Assembly (NCBI GenBank): GCA_964487045.1
Contig: CAZAOT010000003.1
Coordinates: forward strand, 72,983 to 136,982
Direction of reading: 5' to 3'
DNA length: 64,000 nt
Source of the DNA: an uncultured Candidatus Saccharibacteria bacterium
Lineage (GTDB): Bacteria; Patescibacteriota; UBA1384; DTJR01
A program made the translations under genes and the position numbers. Position 1 is the stretch's first letter. Every line of letters begins with the position of its first letter. Shown one piece after another: positions 16,474 through 27,639 of this stretch. The notes beneath the pieces are model-generated. The model searched no databases and was not told the DNA's origin. It was given only the letters and a program-made list of their open reading frames with translations.

Positions 16474-17739
16474 GTGGACAAAGAAGCGATCCAAGGCGCC
16501 CGCAGGGCGCTTCTGCTCAAGAAGCTTGAAGTAGCATCAACGACCAAGGAATGCACCCTTGCGTTCCAGGGTCTCAAGCTCTACAGAGATGACCTTTCGA
16601 TTGTCGCCACTCGTAAGAGAGCGATTGAGCTCGCAGCTTCGGCAGGCGACATGGATGAGGTTCGTCGCTTTCCGTATGATGTGGGTATCTTCTCTCTGGG
16701 AGATCAGGCTTCCGAGTTCTTTCGTAAGGCCATGCTGCTTTGCAGGCCTGAAGAAGTATACGACTTCACAGGCAACTTCGGCTATTACGCCGATGAAGTT
16801 GTTAGCTTCCTTGTCGAGGGGCTTACCGATCCGCTCAAGCTGACTCGACTAGCGATGCGACTCGGAGCGGAGGGTCTGCTTGAGCGCGGACAGGAAGTGA
16901 TCGCTCGGGCTGCTGAACTGGCTGCAAGCTGGGAAGTGTGCGGTTATGTCGGGACGATACACTATGCGCCGCTTCCGACAGGGTTTCTGACCATGGCCGT
17001 CCTTCTCGCTGAGGGGCAGAAGGGTTACGATGCTCCTCTCGAAGTTTGTGGGTGGATGAAGGCTTCGCTCAACGACCCGCTCGAATTCAGACAAGCAGCG
17101 GCTGTTGCCGAGCTGCTTGATGCGCCAAACAAGCGTATCAGGCGGGTAGCCGGAGAGCGGATCAGGCAGGCTTACCAGGAGAAACTGAGCGGCCAAGATG
17201 GCGACTTCTATATCCAAAGCGCCTGGAACGTCGTTTGCGATGCCCGCGATGCGCTTCCGGAACTGGCTGCAGAGCTGACCGCTGATCTCGTGGTGCGTCT
17301 GACAGATGCGGTACCAGCCTGTCAGGACTTTTCGGAGGCAAAGTCGCATCTTGAAGTCGCTTCCGCAATGGAGGACTTCGGGATCGATGGAGTCTACTGG
17401 CCGGCAGCCATGCGTGCGATGGAGCTGGCAGAGGGCTGTGATGATATCCTGGCGTTGGTGCGCCTTGGCATTCATGTCCAGGAGCTCACCGAGGCTGTCC
17501 TGGTAATGGCTGCAACCGAAGATGATATCATTGCAGTCATACAGCGCAACCCGAACTTCTCTGGTGAGTGGACGTTGCCTCTTTGCGAGCGGATCTTCGA
17601 CTATCGGCGCCAGAGGGCGCAGACGATCGAGGACTTCATGATTCTGCATCACCTGACCAAGGACCCGGTCAAACTGGCCGAGGTCGAGGATCGCATCCAG
17701 GAGCTCATCGCTCCATACCATACCGAGCCTGAGGAGTAA
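16474..17739 (+). CDS. Hypothetical alpha-helical 421-aa protein, cassette f gene 3 (likely GTG start after AGGGAGG)
   Basis: Long GC-rich ORF; the antisense ORF 16849..17754 is judged spurious. Confidence 0.45.
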   Translation: MDKEAIQGARRALLLKKLEVASTTKECTLAFQGLKLYRDDLSIVATRKRAIELAASAGDMDEVRRFPYDVGIFSLGDQASEFFRKAMLLCRPEEVYDFTGNFGYYADEVVSFLVEGLTDPLKLTRLAMRLGAEGLLERGQEVIARAAELAASWEVCGYVGTIHYAPLPTGFLTMAVLLAEGQKGYDAPLEVCGWMKASLNDPLEFRQAAAVAELLDAPNKRIRRVAGERIRQAYQEKLSGQDGDFYIQSAWNVVCDARDALPELAAELTADLVVRLTDAVPACQDFSEAKSHLEVASAMEDFGIDGVYWPAAMRAMELAEGCDDILALVRLGIHVQELTEAVLVMAATEDDIIAVIQRNPNFSGEWTLPLCERIFDYRRQRAQTIEDFMILHHLTKDPVKLAEVEDRIQELIAPYHTEPEE

Positions 17740-17765
17740 CTTCCCCTGGTTCATGGCTCTACAAC

Positions 17766-17800
17766 GGCTCCCGGCCTAGTGCTTGGGAGCCGTTTTCTTT
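17766..17800 (+). terminator. Intrinsic terminator GGCTCCC..GGGAGCC followed by GTTTTCTTT
   Basis: Hairpin plus T-run. Confidence 0.6.
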
Positions 17801-17852
17801 ACCCTATTACCTTGACAAATGATTCTGATCAGCTAGAATCATACTCGTCTAT

Positions 17853-18962
17853 ATGGATAATATTCTCGAGCCTCCCAGTACGCATAGGCGAGGCCTAAAA
17901 ATAAATAGAATACGACAAAGCGCTCCAAGCGCTTTTGCCGGTTTTGGATTAAAAATCCTCAATAATTTGGAAAACTTGCGTCTATCGATCAGGAAACTGA
18001 TCTTTTTTATTAGGGGTCATATTATTTCGTTTAAAGAATTTGCTAAATTGCACGGTGTTAACCGCTCGCTTGCTTATAAATTTGCGATTGTAGCGGCCAT
18101 TGCACTTCTTCCAGTTCTCTCTAAAGTCACAGCTGAAGATCAGGCTTATGAAGATGTAATTCACTATAGTCAGACAATTGACCCGGTTGAGTCTGCTCGA
18201 TTCGCAGTTTATTTTTCCGGCTATACTCCTGGGCTTTATATTGATGCCGACCAAGTTGCCCTAAATGCAGTTACTAATAACGAGTCATATACTCTGGAGC
18301 AGCAGTTAGCGGTGAATCAAGGTAAGGATTACGCGGTTGAGGGTCGTCAGGAACCGACATATGTTCTAAAATCAGGCGAAACGATTGCTGACGTTGCTTC
18401 TAAGTTTGACTTACATGTCGGAACTCTAGTTGATGCCAACGGACTTGATCCGGTGAATTTGAAGAATGTGAGACCAGGTACAACCTTGATGATTCCTTCA
18501 TCGGATACCAATACTTCAAATGACTGGCTGATTGCAATCAACAAAGATGAAGCTGAGAAGAAGCAAAAAGCGGCTGAGGAAGCAGCCAAAAAGAAAGCGG
18601 AACAGGCCAAGAAGGTAGCTTCAGCGAGCAACAATGTAACAGCTACTGGAACGGTTGCCGGAGCAACGACAAGAAGGCAGGTCAGTTCTGAAGTGACCGT
18701 TATCGGAACTTCTTATTCACAGTGTGTTCCTTGGGCGAGAGAAAATTCCGGAATTGCAATTCAAGGATATGCGGGCAATATTTCTGCTACTCAATCAGAG
18801 CCGAGGGTTGGGGGAGTAGCTCTTGATCGATTTTATGGCCATGCCTCGGTGGTAGTAGAGGTTGGCTCTGATTATATAGTTGTACATGAAGCCAACTGGA
18901 TCCATGGCAAGATTACCAAAAGAAAAGTTTCTAAAGATGCTATCCGCGGATACGTGTATTAG
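17853..18962 (+). CDS. Peptidoglycan hydrolase with LysM and C-terminal CHAP domains (signal anchor)
   Basis: LysM-like YVLKSGETIADVASKF..GL; CHAP-like C..PWAREN...GHASVVVEV..H; promoter TTGACA-N17-TAGAAT at ~17812-17840. Confidence 0.55.
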   Translation: MDNILEPPSTHRRGLKINRIRQSAPSAFAGFGLKILNNLENLRLSIRKLIFFIRGHIISFKEFAKLHGVNRSLAYKFAIVAAIALLPVLSKVTAEDQAYEDVIHYSQTIDPVESARFAVYFSGYTPGLYIDADQVALNAVTNNESYTLEQQLAVNQGKDYAVEGRQEPTYVLKSGETIADVASKFDLHVGTLVDANGLDPVNLKNVRPGTTLMIPSSDTNTSNDWLIAINKDEAEKKQKAAEEAAKKKAEQAKKVASASNNVTATGTVAGATTRRQVSSEVTVIGTSYSQCVPWARENSGIAIQGYAGNISATQSEPRVGGVALDRFYGHASVVVEVGSDYIVVHEANWIHGKITKRKVSKDAIRGYVY

Positions 18963-19009
18963 TAAGTTTTCAGTAAAAATTAAGAAATTACCTGGTATAA
19001 TCAAGCTCG

Positions 19010-20209
19010 ATGAAAAAAATTGCTTTAAGTTTACTTGCGATATTTGTATTATTTTCTTTTGTTGCAATTAAGCCAGTTCTAGCCGAGGATAGCCAAAATA
19101 CGATAAAGATCTATGAATTTTGGAGTAAATATTGTCCTCACTGCAAGGCCGAAAATGAATTTTTAACTAAGATTTCTAAGGAGAGAGGGGACTTTGAAGT
19201 AATTTCTTATGAAGTTACCTCAGATCAAGGTAGCGCAGCTTTATTTAAAAAATTCTCCGATGCGTGTGGTAACAAGGGCTATGGTGTCCCAGCGCTCTAT
19301 ATTGGAGATCGATCGGTAATAGGATTTGAGAGTGCCGAAACAACGGGTAAGGAGATCGTTACGGTGCTTGATTCATTTAAAGGCAAAGATTATCCAGATC
19401 CACTGAAAATTGTCGAGAGTGGGGGAGGCTTCAAGTCGGGGAGTGAGCTCTGCAGCAAAGAATCTATTGAGACAAAAAGAAAAATTCCGCTACTTGGCGA
19501 GGTGGATTTAGCTAAATTTTCTGCACCGGCTTTAGCGGTGGTTCTTGGAACGGTCGATGGATTTAACCCATGCGCAATGTGGGCGCTAGTGGCTCTGCTT
19601 ACTCTGCTCGTCTCGCTTGGTAGCCGAAAAAGGTTATTACTGGTCGGAGGTACTTTCCTAATCACCTCTTGGCTGATCACCTTCTTCTTCTTGTCGGCCT
19701 TTATGAATGCATTTACATTTGTAAAATTTGATTTAGCGATGAGGATTGTGATTGGGGTTGTAGCGATCTATACCTCATATCAATTATTTAAAAGTTATCA
19801 GAAAGAAACCGAAGAGTGTAAAGTTAATTCAGGCAAGGGAAGAATTTATAAACAGATAGAAAAGCTCTCTAGCTCCAAGGTGATCCCCTTCTTGATCTTT
19901 GGTGCGATCGCTCTTGCGCTGATGGTCAATGTCGTAGAATTTATGTGCTCGATCAATCTTCCGGTTGTTTTCACTAAAGTTCTCTCAATGGTGAATGTTA
20001 GTCCTCTGGGACGATATCTGTATATCGCTCTGTACGACGTTTTTTATATGCTCGACGATATCATCGTATTCTTGATCGCTCTTTTCTCGATGAAGGCTTT
20101 TACTGGATTTAATCAAAAATACACCCGTTTTACGAAATTAGTGGGTGCTATCGTGATGTTTATTTTGGCTGTGATGTTACTGTTCTTTCCGAGGCTATTG
20201 GCGTTTTAG
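19010..20209 (+). CDS. Thioredoxin-like (CPHC) domain fused to a CcdA/DsbD-type transmembrane thiol-disulfide transporter domain
   Basis: Signal peptide, WSKYCPHCKAE, then membrane domain with the DGFNPCAMW motif. Confidence 0.6.
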   Translation: MKKIALSLLAIFVLFSFVAIKPVLAEDSQNTIKIYEFWSKYCPHCKAENEFLTKISKERGDFEVISYEVTSDQGSAALFKKFSDACGNKGYGVPALYIGDRSVIGFESAETTGKEIVTVLDSFKGKDYPDPLKIVESGGGFKSGSELCSKESIETKRKIPLLGEVDLAKFSAPALAVVLGTVDGFNPCAMWALVALLTLLVSLGSRKRLLLVGGTFLITSWLITFFFLSAFMNAFTFVKFDLAMRIVIGVVAIYTSYQLFKSYQKETEECKVNSGKGRIYKQIEKLSSSKVIPFLIFGAIALALMVNVVEFMCSINLPVVFTKVLSMVNVSPLGRYLYIALYDVFYMLDDIIVFLIALFSMKAFTGFNQKYTRFTKLVGAIVMFILAVMLLFFPRLLAF

Positions 20210-20390
20210 TACTATCTTAAAAATTTTTATTTATTATTTTCAATTTTTAATTGATTGGCCCATTTAGCTATTGAAATATTTAAAATAAGTCAATAACTCA
20301 ATCAATAACAAATATAAAATATTAAATCTTAAATAAAGAGAAGCGCATGATGTGCTTCTCTTCTTCCCGAAGTTGTTATCGTTCTAACAT

Positions 20391-20419
20391 TGACTTGTCT
20401 GCTGATTTTGTCTAATATC
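20391..20419 (+). promoter_or_regulatory. Consensus-like promoter TTGACT-N17-TAATAT for GC-rich cassette g
   Basis: Read directly. Confidence 0.45.
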
Positions 20420-20476
20420 TGCTTATCGGAGGCTTTGATCCTTCGGTATTTCTTCAAATCGGCAGGAGGGAGCGTC

Positions 20477-20851
20477 ATGCCGAGGGATTCGATTCTCTAC
20501 GAAAAAGCCAGGGCGAGGTGGGAGTATGCTTCACATCTTCCATCTCGCAGTACAGTCAGGCAGTATTCGCTCAAGTGTTTCGCATTAGTATACCCGGTCG
20601 AAGTTTTGCGGGAATACTGGCGTGTAGACGCGTTGTCGCGCCAGAGTCTAATGGTATCGTCTCACAGCTTTGCCCCTTCTCCCGCTGAACTTGCAGCCAT
20701 GGCAGAAGGGCGTGACCGTAATGAACGGCGCGCAAATCAAGCCAGGGCGAGACTCGAAAGGATGGCGACGGAGCACGGGGTGGACCTAGATGCGATGGCT
20801 GATGATATCGCATTCGTTTGGCACAACTGGAGTCTGCTTGAGCTCGAGTAG
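20477..20851 (+). CDS. Hypothetical protein on GC-rich cassette g (start MPRDS after GGAGGG)
   Basis: GC-rich ORF; terminator AAGGCGA..TCGCCTT plus T-run at 20868-20900. Confidence 0.4.
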   Translation: MPRDSILYEKARARWEYASHLPSRSTVRQYSLKCFALVYPVEVLREYWRVDALSRQSLMVSSHSFAPSPAELAAMAEGRDRNERRANQARARLERMATEHGVDLDAMADDIAFVWHNWSLLELE

Positions 20852-20918
20852 CTCAAACCAGTTGCGTCTCAAGGCGAGCGCTATGCGTTCGCCTTCATTT
20901 TTAGTAGATGATAAAAAG

Positions 20919-21476
20919 TTATATTCTTCTTCTGGAGCTTAGAATAACAATTACGATAATCGGTGCGAGGAGCCAAAGGGTATAATAATCTTTTAGGAAA
21001 TGAACGAAGTGAGTTTGGGAGATAATTTGTGCTTGTGAGGCATCTGGCATGTATTTAAAGATTGTGGCAGAGATTAAAATGCCAGTAATGACTGAATAGA
21101 AGAAGGTCTCGAGCGGTGCCATTAAGGAGTGATCTCTTCCTACTGAGATATCAGCTTTAGAGGCTACCAAGGATACTACGAGCAGAAATAATACTATTTT
21201 GATTGTTGCTGGCGATGCGTCAGAAGTGATCCAGGTATTAGCAACGGTGAGCTTGCCTTCAAAAAACTGCTTGATCGGGTCCGCCCATACCGAAACGATC
21301 ACCATTCCCATATAACAGGCTAGAAGAGCGGACATAATCTTGTCCCGCTGCATCATAAAACCATATAAAACGGTGATAGCAACAAATATACCTAAAAACA
21401 AATCCCAAGTTGGTACGGTTGACGCTACTTGAATATTCCCCTCCGCTCCGTGAATTGCGCTCTTCGTCGGAAGCAA
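20919..21476 (-). CDS. Polytopic membrane protein
   Basis: Hydrophobic helices. Confidence 0.45.
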   Translation of the reverse strand: MLPTKSAIHGAEGNIQVASTVPTWDLFLGIFVAITVLYGFMMQRDKIMSALLACYMGMVIVSVWADPIKQFFEGKLTVANTWITSDASPATIKIVLFLLVVSLVASKADISVGRDHSLMAPLETFFYSVITGILISATIFKYMPDASQAQIISQTHFVHFLKDYYTLWLLAPIIVIVILSSRRRI

Positions 21477-21620
21477 TTCCGGAAGCCCCGCATCAATTCA
21501 CGAAGCGAAACACGAATGAATAATTCGAGTGGAGCATTCGAGAATTCGGTGCTGGGGCATTTCATTATTTTCCCTAACAAAAACATTATACCAAATTCTT
21601 ATATAACTTTTACAATAGTG

Positions 21621-23942
21621 CTATTTAGATTCAATAAATATTGGTGATTGAGTGATGTTTATTGATTTTGAATTGGCTTCTTTTATGTTGCCTAGCTTGT
21701 CGGTTATTGTAACTAGTCCGCTTAAAACGCTGGATAGATCGATATCTGTAGAACAAGTTCGATCTTCATATCTCCATGCTTTGTTGATCTCGTTGTGAGC
21801 ATCGCTGTCTGTTGGGTTTTTAACATTCCAATACGGTTCACACCAAGCAGAGTATTTTTTCTTACCATCGTTGTCGGTAATTTTTATGATAAATAACGGG
21901 TTAACTTCCTCGTGGTTATTTGCAGGTTTCTGGATAAATTCAATTTTTGAAGCATATTTTATATTATTAGCTAAGATCCTATATGCATCAAATGATAACT
22001 TTTTCTGATAACCGTTATTTTGAATCGAATATATACCTTTTAGGAGGTGGTGGCATAATGAATTCTGATTGTTGATTTCGTAATATCCTTCGGAATTTGT
22101 TTGAGATGGGCACGTTCTTTCTTGTATTGTGTCAGCAGAACTATTGCGATATCCATTCCATGATAATCCGCTTATCCCAAGCGATGAAATTGTTAAAAAT
22201 CTTTTAATTAGATCATCTGATTGAAAATTTTGCGAAAATGTCATCGAAAAACCAGTTGCTACACCATTATTATCATCGATATATTTACTATCGCTTGGAG
22301 ACCCGATTTCTGTAGCGAATATTGGCTTATTGCAATTATTTCTTCCTGAGCAAAGGGTGTCGTAAATTTCCATATTTTTCTGCGTTCTATCCCAATATTG
22401 TGTATAGCCCATGAATCTATTTGGATGAAGGTTGATATGAAATTCATGAGCATCGACAAAGTTATTGTATGAATTTTGTTTTAATACTTCGAAATATGAA
22501 AGGTTATTCATACTAGTCTTGTCCGGGTTCATAAATCCGGCGCTTACCACCCGACAGTCACTGCACATTTTTTTGACAACTGAGCGCAGGCCCTGGCTGA
22601 GATCATAAGCTACTCCTTCATAAATGACTTGCTCTCCCTCCAGGCTAGCTAGTATATTTCCTTGAGTATCTTTGTATGAGCCTGTAGTGATAAGCGAAAG
22701 TGCTTCTGCCGGTATGCCAAAGGCGCTGTCGGAATTAAAGTTGCCATCGGGTTCGTTCCATATTTGCCAATACTTGATGCTATCTTTATATAAATTAAGT
22801 CTAGGTAAAACCATTCCCTTAAAATAATGCTCTCTTACTAATGCCTCTAACTTATTCCAGTCGGCGTTTGCTGGTCGAGTGTTGATATTCCCGTTTGGAG
22901 AATACCCACTATATAGCCTAATATCTTGCCTAACCTTGTCGTAATGTGTATATTTTTGTCCTGAACTGTCCAGAATATCGCTACCCCTATCGGTTTGAAT
23001 TGTAATTCGAGGGAGGAAGTTTCCCATCAAAATCCGTCCATCTCGTTTAAAATTTTGGGCGGCAGCTAGGTCATTATTTCTTTCTGATCTTTTTTCGTCA
23101 AAGTTGATATATCTTAAAAAATTTACTTGTAGCTCTGAAATGTCGCTAGTGAAATTTGTTCCTTGGGTGTCAGTATTGAGTACGGGGGAAGGGTTGAACC
23201 CAATTAAATATTTACGATTTAAGTATGATTCAGATGCATCTGATATTTCTGTTATTTTTACATTTGGCGTAAAGAAATAAACCCAAACATTAGATGCGCT
23301 AGTCAGTCTCTGAGCGTTATATTCGTTTGCAATTGTAATCTTTTTAAAAACAATTGACTTATTTTCGCTAACTGCGCTGTAAATATTTGAAGAAATTGCT
23401 TTTTGATCAATAAGGGCATCTGCTGAGAAGATATTTCCACTGGATAATTTAAAGCTGGTTTTTTTAAGGAAATCCTGTTTTGTTTCTGGCTTAGAGGGAG
23501 AAACTATATGCCAACCAGGTCGATAGTTACTCTGAATATTAGATAGAGTTGTTTTATTTATCTTTGGAAAAGTCCGACCAGAATTTTTATTATATGTTAG
23601 ATATGAGAGTTTAGGATTTAGGCCAATATCTGAGATACAGGGCATCTCCTGAACTACGGCATAACCCTGGCAGTTATTTGATAGATAAGTCCACCCGGTG
23701 TTGTTAGTATTTGGATCGTTGTAAGTGTATATTAAAACGCCTGAATCAAGAACCTCTCTTTGCGTAATAGAATTTAGATCCTGCCCGTTTATCACGCTCC
23801 ACCCAGGTGGAATAGATACAGAGTTGGAGTCTGAATCAGCAAAGATATTGTTTTTTAACAAGAAATGAATCCCGATTAAAAGAATTAGGACGACAGAAGC
23901 CAATAAAACCGATTTCCTAAAAATTTTCTTTTTAACTATCAC
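21621..23942 (-). CDS. Large secreted/anchored protein, putative clan GH-A glycoside hydrolase
   Basis: N-terminal signal anchor; YWQIWNEPD (NEP acid/base-type motif); 773 aa. Confidence 0.4.
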   Translation of the reverse strand: MIVKKKIFRKSVLLASVVLILLIGIHFLLKNNIFADSDSNSVSIPPGWSVINGQDLNSITQREVLDSGVLIYTYNDPNTNNTGWTYLSNNCQGYAVVQEMPCISDIGLNPKLSYLTYNKNSGRTFPKINKTTLSNIQSNYRPGWHIVSPSKPETKQDFLKKTSFKLSSGNIFSADALIDQKAISSNIYSAVSENKSIVFKKITIANEYNAQRLTSASNVWVYFFTPNVKITEISDASESYLNRKYLIGFNPSPVLNTDTQGTNFTSDISELQVNFLRYINFDEKRSERNNDLAAAQNFKRDGRILMGNFLPRITIQTDRGSDILDSSGQKYTHYDKVRQDIRLYSGYSPNGNINTRPANADWNKLEALVREHYFKGMVLPRLNLYKDSIKYWQIWNEPDGNFNSDSAFGIPAEALSLITTGSYKDTQGNILASLEGEQVIYEGVAYDLSQGLRSVVKKMCSDCRVVSAGFMNPDKTSMNNLSYFEVLKQNSYNNFVDAHEFHINLHPNRFMGYTQYWDRTQKNMEIYDTLCSGRNNCNKPIFATEIGSPSDSKYIDDNNGVATGFSMTFSQNFQSDDLIKRFLTISSLGISGLSWNGYRNSSADTIQERTCPSQTNSEGYYEINNQNSLCHHLLKGIYSIQNNGYQKKLSFDAYRILANNIKYASKIEFIQKPANNHEEVNPLFIIKITDNDGKKKYSAWCEPYWNVKNPTDSDAHNEINKAWRYEDRTCSTDIDLSSVLSGLVTITDKLGNIKEANSKSINITQSPIFIESK

Positions 23943-23966
23943 TTATCTAATAGTAACAGACTAGAT

Positions 23967-24599
23967 TTATCTCTGCCACCAAGATGATTTCTTTTGTTTA
24001 TCGAGATCTTTGAGCTTTTGCCATAAATCTTTTTGTTCTTTAGTAAGACGCTCTGGGAAACGGATTCTAATAATTATAATTAAATCACCTTTCTGACCAT
24101 TTCTGGTTGCTCGTCCTTTTTCTTTGATTCGGTATTGTGTTCCGTCTTGAGTCCCAGGATGTATCTGGAGGGTGATTTTCTCGTCCCCTACTTGAAGGTC
24201 GAATTCATCTCCAAGTACAGCTTGGGCAGGAGAGATTTCAACTTCTGCTTGTACGGTAGCGAAAGCATTTGAAAAAAAGTCTCCGAAAATGTCGCCTAAG
24301 CCACCCATATTGCCAAAATTGAATTCAAAACCTTCACCGCCAAAGTCATAACCACCAGATTGATAACCACTAAATCCGCCTTGGCCGCCGCTACCAGAGA
24401 AGCCACTTTGGCCAAAACGATCATATTGGGCTCTTTTTTGGGGATCGGAAAGAACCTGGTATGCTTCGTTAATTTTTTTAAATTCGGCCTCATCGCCTCC
24501 TTTATCCGGATGATGCTTCAAAGCAAGCTTTCGATAAGCTTTTTTTATCTCGTCTGCGGAGGCGTTTTTGTCTATGCCGAGTAGTTTGTAGTAATCCAT
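23967..24599 (-). CDS. J-domain co-chaperone (short DnaJ/CbpA-like, no zinc-finger domain)
   Basis: [13 protein letters not shown]-domain, G/F-rich linker, 210 aa. Confidence 0.7.
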   Translation of the reverse strand: MDYYKLLGIDKNASADEIKKAYRKLALKHHPDKGGDEAEFKKINEAYQVLSDPQKRAQYDRFGQSGFSGSGGQGGFSGYQSGGYDFGGEGFEFNFGNMGGLGDIFGDFFSNAFATVQAEVEISPAQAVLGDEFDLQVGDEKITLQIHPGTQDGTQYRIKEKGRATRNGQKGDLIIIIRIRFPERLTKEQKDLWQKLKDLDKQKKSSWWQR

Positions 24600-24708
24600 T
24601 TTTATATTATTTTTGGGTGTTAAAATTAATTAATCCGCATCTGCGGATAACCTACTGCCAAAGCTAATTTTACCTATTTAGGAGCGGGATGTAAAGAGGG
24701 CTTTACTT

Positions 24709-25512
24709 TTAGAACATATCTTCTTGACGGGTAGGGGTCTCGCTTAGCAACGCCTGAGCAGTTGAAGTTGCAGTGGCCTGAGCATTGGCCGCTACTGATC
24801 CAGAAACTGATGGCTGAGTGTTTAGAATCTCATTAGCAGCGGTATTTCCGGCATTATCGATAACATTTATGCTCCAGCCAGTATCCATAGGATAAAGCTT
24901 AGTCTGAGCAATTATTCCAGGATCGATGAGTTTAAATTTCTCAGTCTGAGTAAATTGCTCATAAGCTGCTGAGAATAGATTTAAGCTACCCGTTTGGTTT
25001 GTCTGACACTTAAGATCGGATGCAATGTCACGTCTAGCGATAAAACTTCTAGTTTTTTTAACCGAACCATAGGAATTAAGTTCAACTAACCAATAATAAT
25101 CCTTAGAAAAATCGTCGTTATAGAATAGGAAACCCTGAATATTCTGGCTTGTTAATTGTGCGCCGTAGAATGTAATAATCGTTCCACAATATTTTGCTCC
25201 ACCCTTTAAAGCTCTCTGCGCGTCTTCTAGGGCTAATTGATAATTTGTCTTGTAAGTATCGTCAATTTGAGTCTTCTCTTCGACAAAACTATCAATTTGC
25301 TGATAGCTTTTAGGCTGACTAGAATTCTGATTGCTTGCATTAGAAACGGAGGAGCTTGTCGCCGTTGCCGCCAGGCTGCCGGCTGCAGCAGGCAGAGCTT
25401 CAGAAGCAATATTAGAACTATTAACCTTGGACGTCGTATCTGATTTTTTAGTGCAGGCGCTCAAAGAAAGCGATATCACTACTACAGCAAAAACAAACAC
25501 AAATTTTTTCAT
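24709..25512 (-). CDS. Lipoprotein (lipobox LSACT), function unknown
   Basis: Signal peptide plus Cys; S/T/N-rich. Confidence 0.45.
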   Translation of the reverse strand: MKKFVFVFAVVVISLSLSACTKKSDTTSKVNSSNIASEALPAAAGSLAATATSSSVSNASNQNSSQPKSYQQIDSFVEEKTQIDDTYKTNYQLALEDAQRALKGGAKYCGTIITFYGAQLTSQNIQGFLFYNDDFSKDYYWLVELNSYGSVKKTRSFIARRDIASDLKCQTNQTGSLNLFSAAYEQFTQTEKFKLIDPGIIAQTKLYPMDTGWSINVIDNAGNTAANEILNTQPSVSGSVAANAQATATSTAQALLSETPTRQEDMF

Positions 25513-25540
25513 TATTTATATTCTACCAAAAGACCCCGGA

Positions 25541-25606
25541 ACCTGCACACGGCCTGGAAGCGGCTACAACCAGCTCGATAATGCAGGATTCCGGGGTCTT
25601 TCTTTT
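25541..25606. terminator. Long GC-rich nested hairpin (AGACCCCGGAA..TTCCGGGGTCT with inner CCTGCA..TGCAGG) plus T-runs on both strands; terminator after dnaK
   Basis: Read directly. Confidence 0.45.
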
Positions 25607-25613
25607 AAAGAAC

Positions 25614-27512
25614 TTACTTTTCTTCTTTGGTTTCCTCAGTCTTTTCTTCTGCTTTGTCAGATTTTTCCTCTGACTCTTCAGCCTTCTCCTCTGCTTTTTC
25701 TTCAGGAGCAGCGGCTGAGTAAAGCTCTTGCCCAACCTTCTGGATAGTTTCAGAAAGTGCATCTGTTGCCGACTTGATCTTGTCGGACTCTTCGCCCTTC
25801 AAAGCTTCTTTAACTGCTTCAACTTTCTCTTCAACTTCCTTCTTGGTTTCGGCTTTGACTTTATCGCCAGCGTCTTTTAGGGCTTTTTCACTAGAATAGA
25901 CAAGTGTCTCGGCAGTATTTCTAGTTTCTATCTCTTCCCTTTTCTTTTTATCTTCCTCGGCGTGGGTTTCAGCATCTTTGCGCATTTTTTCTACTTCTTC
26001 TTCTGAGAGACCACTTGAAGCGGTAATGGTAATTTTTTGTTCTTTTCCGGTTGCCTTATCCTTGGCCTTAACGTTTAGGATTCCATTTGCGTCTATATCG
26101 AAGCTGACCTCAATTTGTGGTACACCACGAGGTGCTGGGGGAATGCCATCGAGAGTGAATCTTCCTAGAGTCCTATTGTCAGCAGCCATCTCTCTTTCAC
26201 CTTGAAGGACATGGATTTCTACTTGTGGTTGATTGTCAGCTGCAGTAGAAAAGACCTGGCTTTTCGATGTTGGGATGGTTGTATTTCTCTCAATAAGCTT
26301 AGTCATAACTGATCCTAGAGTCTCAATTCCAAGCGATAGAGGAGTGACATCTAGTAGGAGGATATCTTTAACTTCTCCTGCTAAGACTCCACCCTGAATG
26401 GCAGCACCGAGGGCAACTGCTTCGTCTGGGTCAACGCCCTTAGATGGTTCTTTGCCGAATATTTCCTTAACCTTGTCTTGAACTGCTGGCATTCTAGTCA
26501 TACCTCCGACCAAGATTACCTCATCGATATCCTTGGCTTCGACACCGGCATCTTTCATTGCTTTCTGGCAAGGTTTGGTGGTTTTTTCAATGAGGTCGCC
26601 AACTAGAGAAAGAAGCTTGGCTCTATTGATAGTCATGACCAAATGTTTTGGTCCAGAAGCGTCAGCGGTGATAAATGGAAGGTTTATTTCGGCTTCTTGC
26701 TTGCTTGAAAGCTCAATCTTGGCTTTTTCGGCTGCTTCTCTGATTCTTTGAAGTGATGCGGCATCAGCTGTTAGGTCGACACCTTGATCTTTTTTGAACT
26801 CATCAACAATGAAGTCCATAATCTTTTGGTCAAAGTCATCTCCTCCTAAGTGAGTGTCTCCGTTAGTTGCTTTGACTTCTAGGACATCGCCGCCAACTTC
26901 TAGAATAGTGATATCGAAAGTTCCGCCTCCAAGGTCGAAGACAGCTACTTTACCTTCTTGTTTCTTATCAAGTCCATATGCAAGAGCTGCAGCAGTTGGT
27001 TCGTTTATAATTCTCTTTACATCAAAACCAGCAATTTTACCTGCATCTTTGGTAGCTTGACGCTGAGAGTCATTGAAATAGGCCGGTACGGTGATAACTG
27101 CTTCTGTTACCGCCTCACCCAAGTAGTCCTCTGCGTCCTTTTTAATTTTTTGCAAAATAAAGGCTGAGACCTCCTGAGGTGAATAGTCCTTACCAGCAAT
27201 TTTTACTTCAACCGAATTGTTCTTGCCTTCTACGATTTCATAAGGCATTAATTTTTTGTCTCTTGTCACCTCTTCGTCGTCAAAACGTCGTCCGATCAAA
27301 CGCTTGACCGAAGACACGGTGTTTTTTGGGTTGGTAACTGCTTGGCGCTTAGCTAGTTGGCCAACCAGTCTTTCTCCCGACTTAGTTTCCGCGACCATAG
27401 AAGGAACCAGCTTCCCGCCTTCTGCTGATGGCATGAGCTTGGGCTTTCCGCCTTCGATAACAGCGGCAGCCGAGTTGGTCGTTCCGAGGTCGATTCCGAT
27501 TATTTTACCCAT
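25614..27512 (-). CDS. dnaK: Chaperone DnaK (Hsp70); start at [14 protein letters not shown]
   Basis: Canonical Hsp70 motifs throughout. Confidence 0.9.
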   Translation of the reverse strand: MGKIIGIDLGTTNSAAAVIEGGKPKLMPSAEGGKLVPSMVAETKSGERLVGQLAKRQAVTNPKNTVSSVKRLIGRRFDDEEVTRDKKLMPYEIVEGKNNSVEVKIAGKDYSPQEVSAFILQKIKKDAEDYLGEAVTEAVITVPAYFNDSQRQATKDAGKIAGFDVKRIINEPTAAALAYGLDKKQEGKVAVFDLGGGTFDITILEVGGDVLEVKATNGDTHLGGDDFDQKIMDFIVDEFKKDQGVDLTADAASLQRIREAAEKAKIELSSKQEAEINLPFITADASGPKHLVMTINRAKLLSLVGDLIEKTTKPCQKAMKDAGVEAKDIDEVILVGGMTRMPAVQDKVKEIFGKEPSKGVDPDEAVALGAAIQGGVLAGEVKDILLLDVTPLSLGIETLGSVMTKLIERNTTIPTSKSQVFSTAADNQPQVEIHVLQGEREMAADNRTLGRFTLDGIPPAPRGVPQIEVSFDIDANGILNVKAKDKATGKEQKITITASSGLSEEEVEKMRKDAETHAEEDKKKREEIETRNTAETLVYSSEKALKDAGDKVKAETKKEVEEKVEAVKEALKGEESDKIKSATDALSETIQKVGQELYSAAAPEEKAEEKAEESEEKSDKAEEKTEETKEEK

Positions 27513-27639
27513 ATTGCTTCCTTTCTTCGCTTTAGGATTAGGTTTGCGCTGCTTATGCAACCCACCTATAAATTTTTATTAACTAAAATAATTGTAAAGT
27601 AGACTTTACATTTTGTCAAGAGTCAGTTACTTAATAGGT

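Noticed and set aside
16849-17754. 301-aa minus-strand ORF
   Set aside because: Antisense to the 16474..17739 gene within a GC-rich block. It has no SD, and no promoter or terminator on that strand.
21477-21620. Possible small RNA in the GC-rich stretch with repeated TCGAAT/ATTCGAG motifs between the two minus-strand genes
   Set aside because: There is only weak inverted-repeat structure and no clear promoter or terminator. It is probably a 5' UTR of the 20919..21476 gene.
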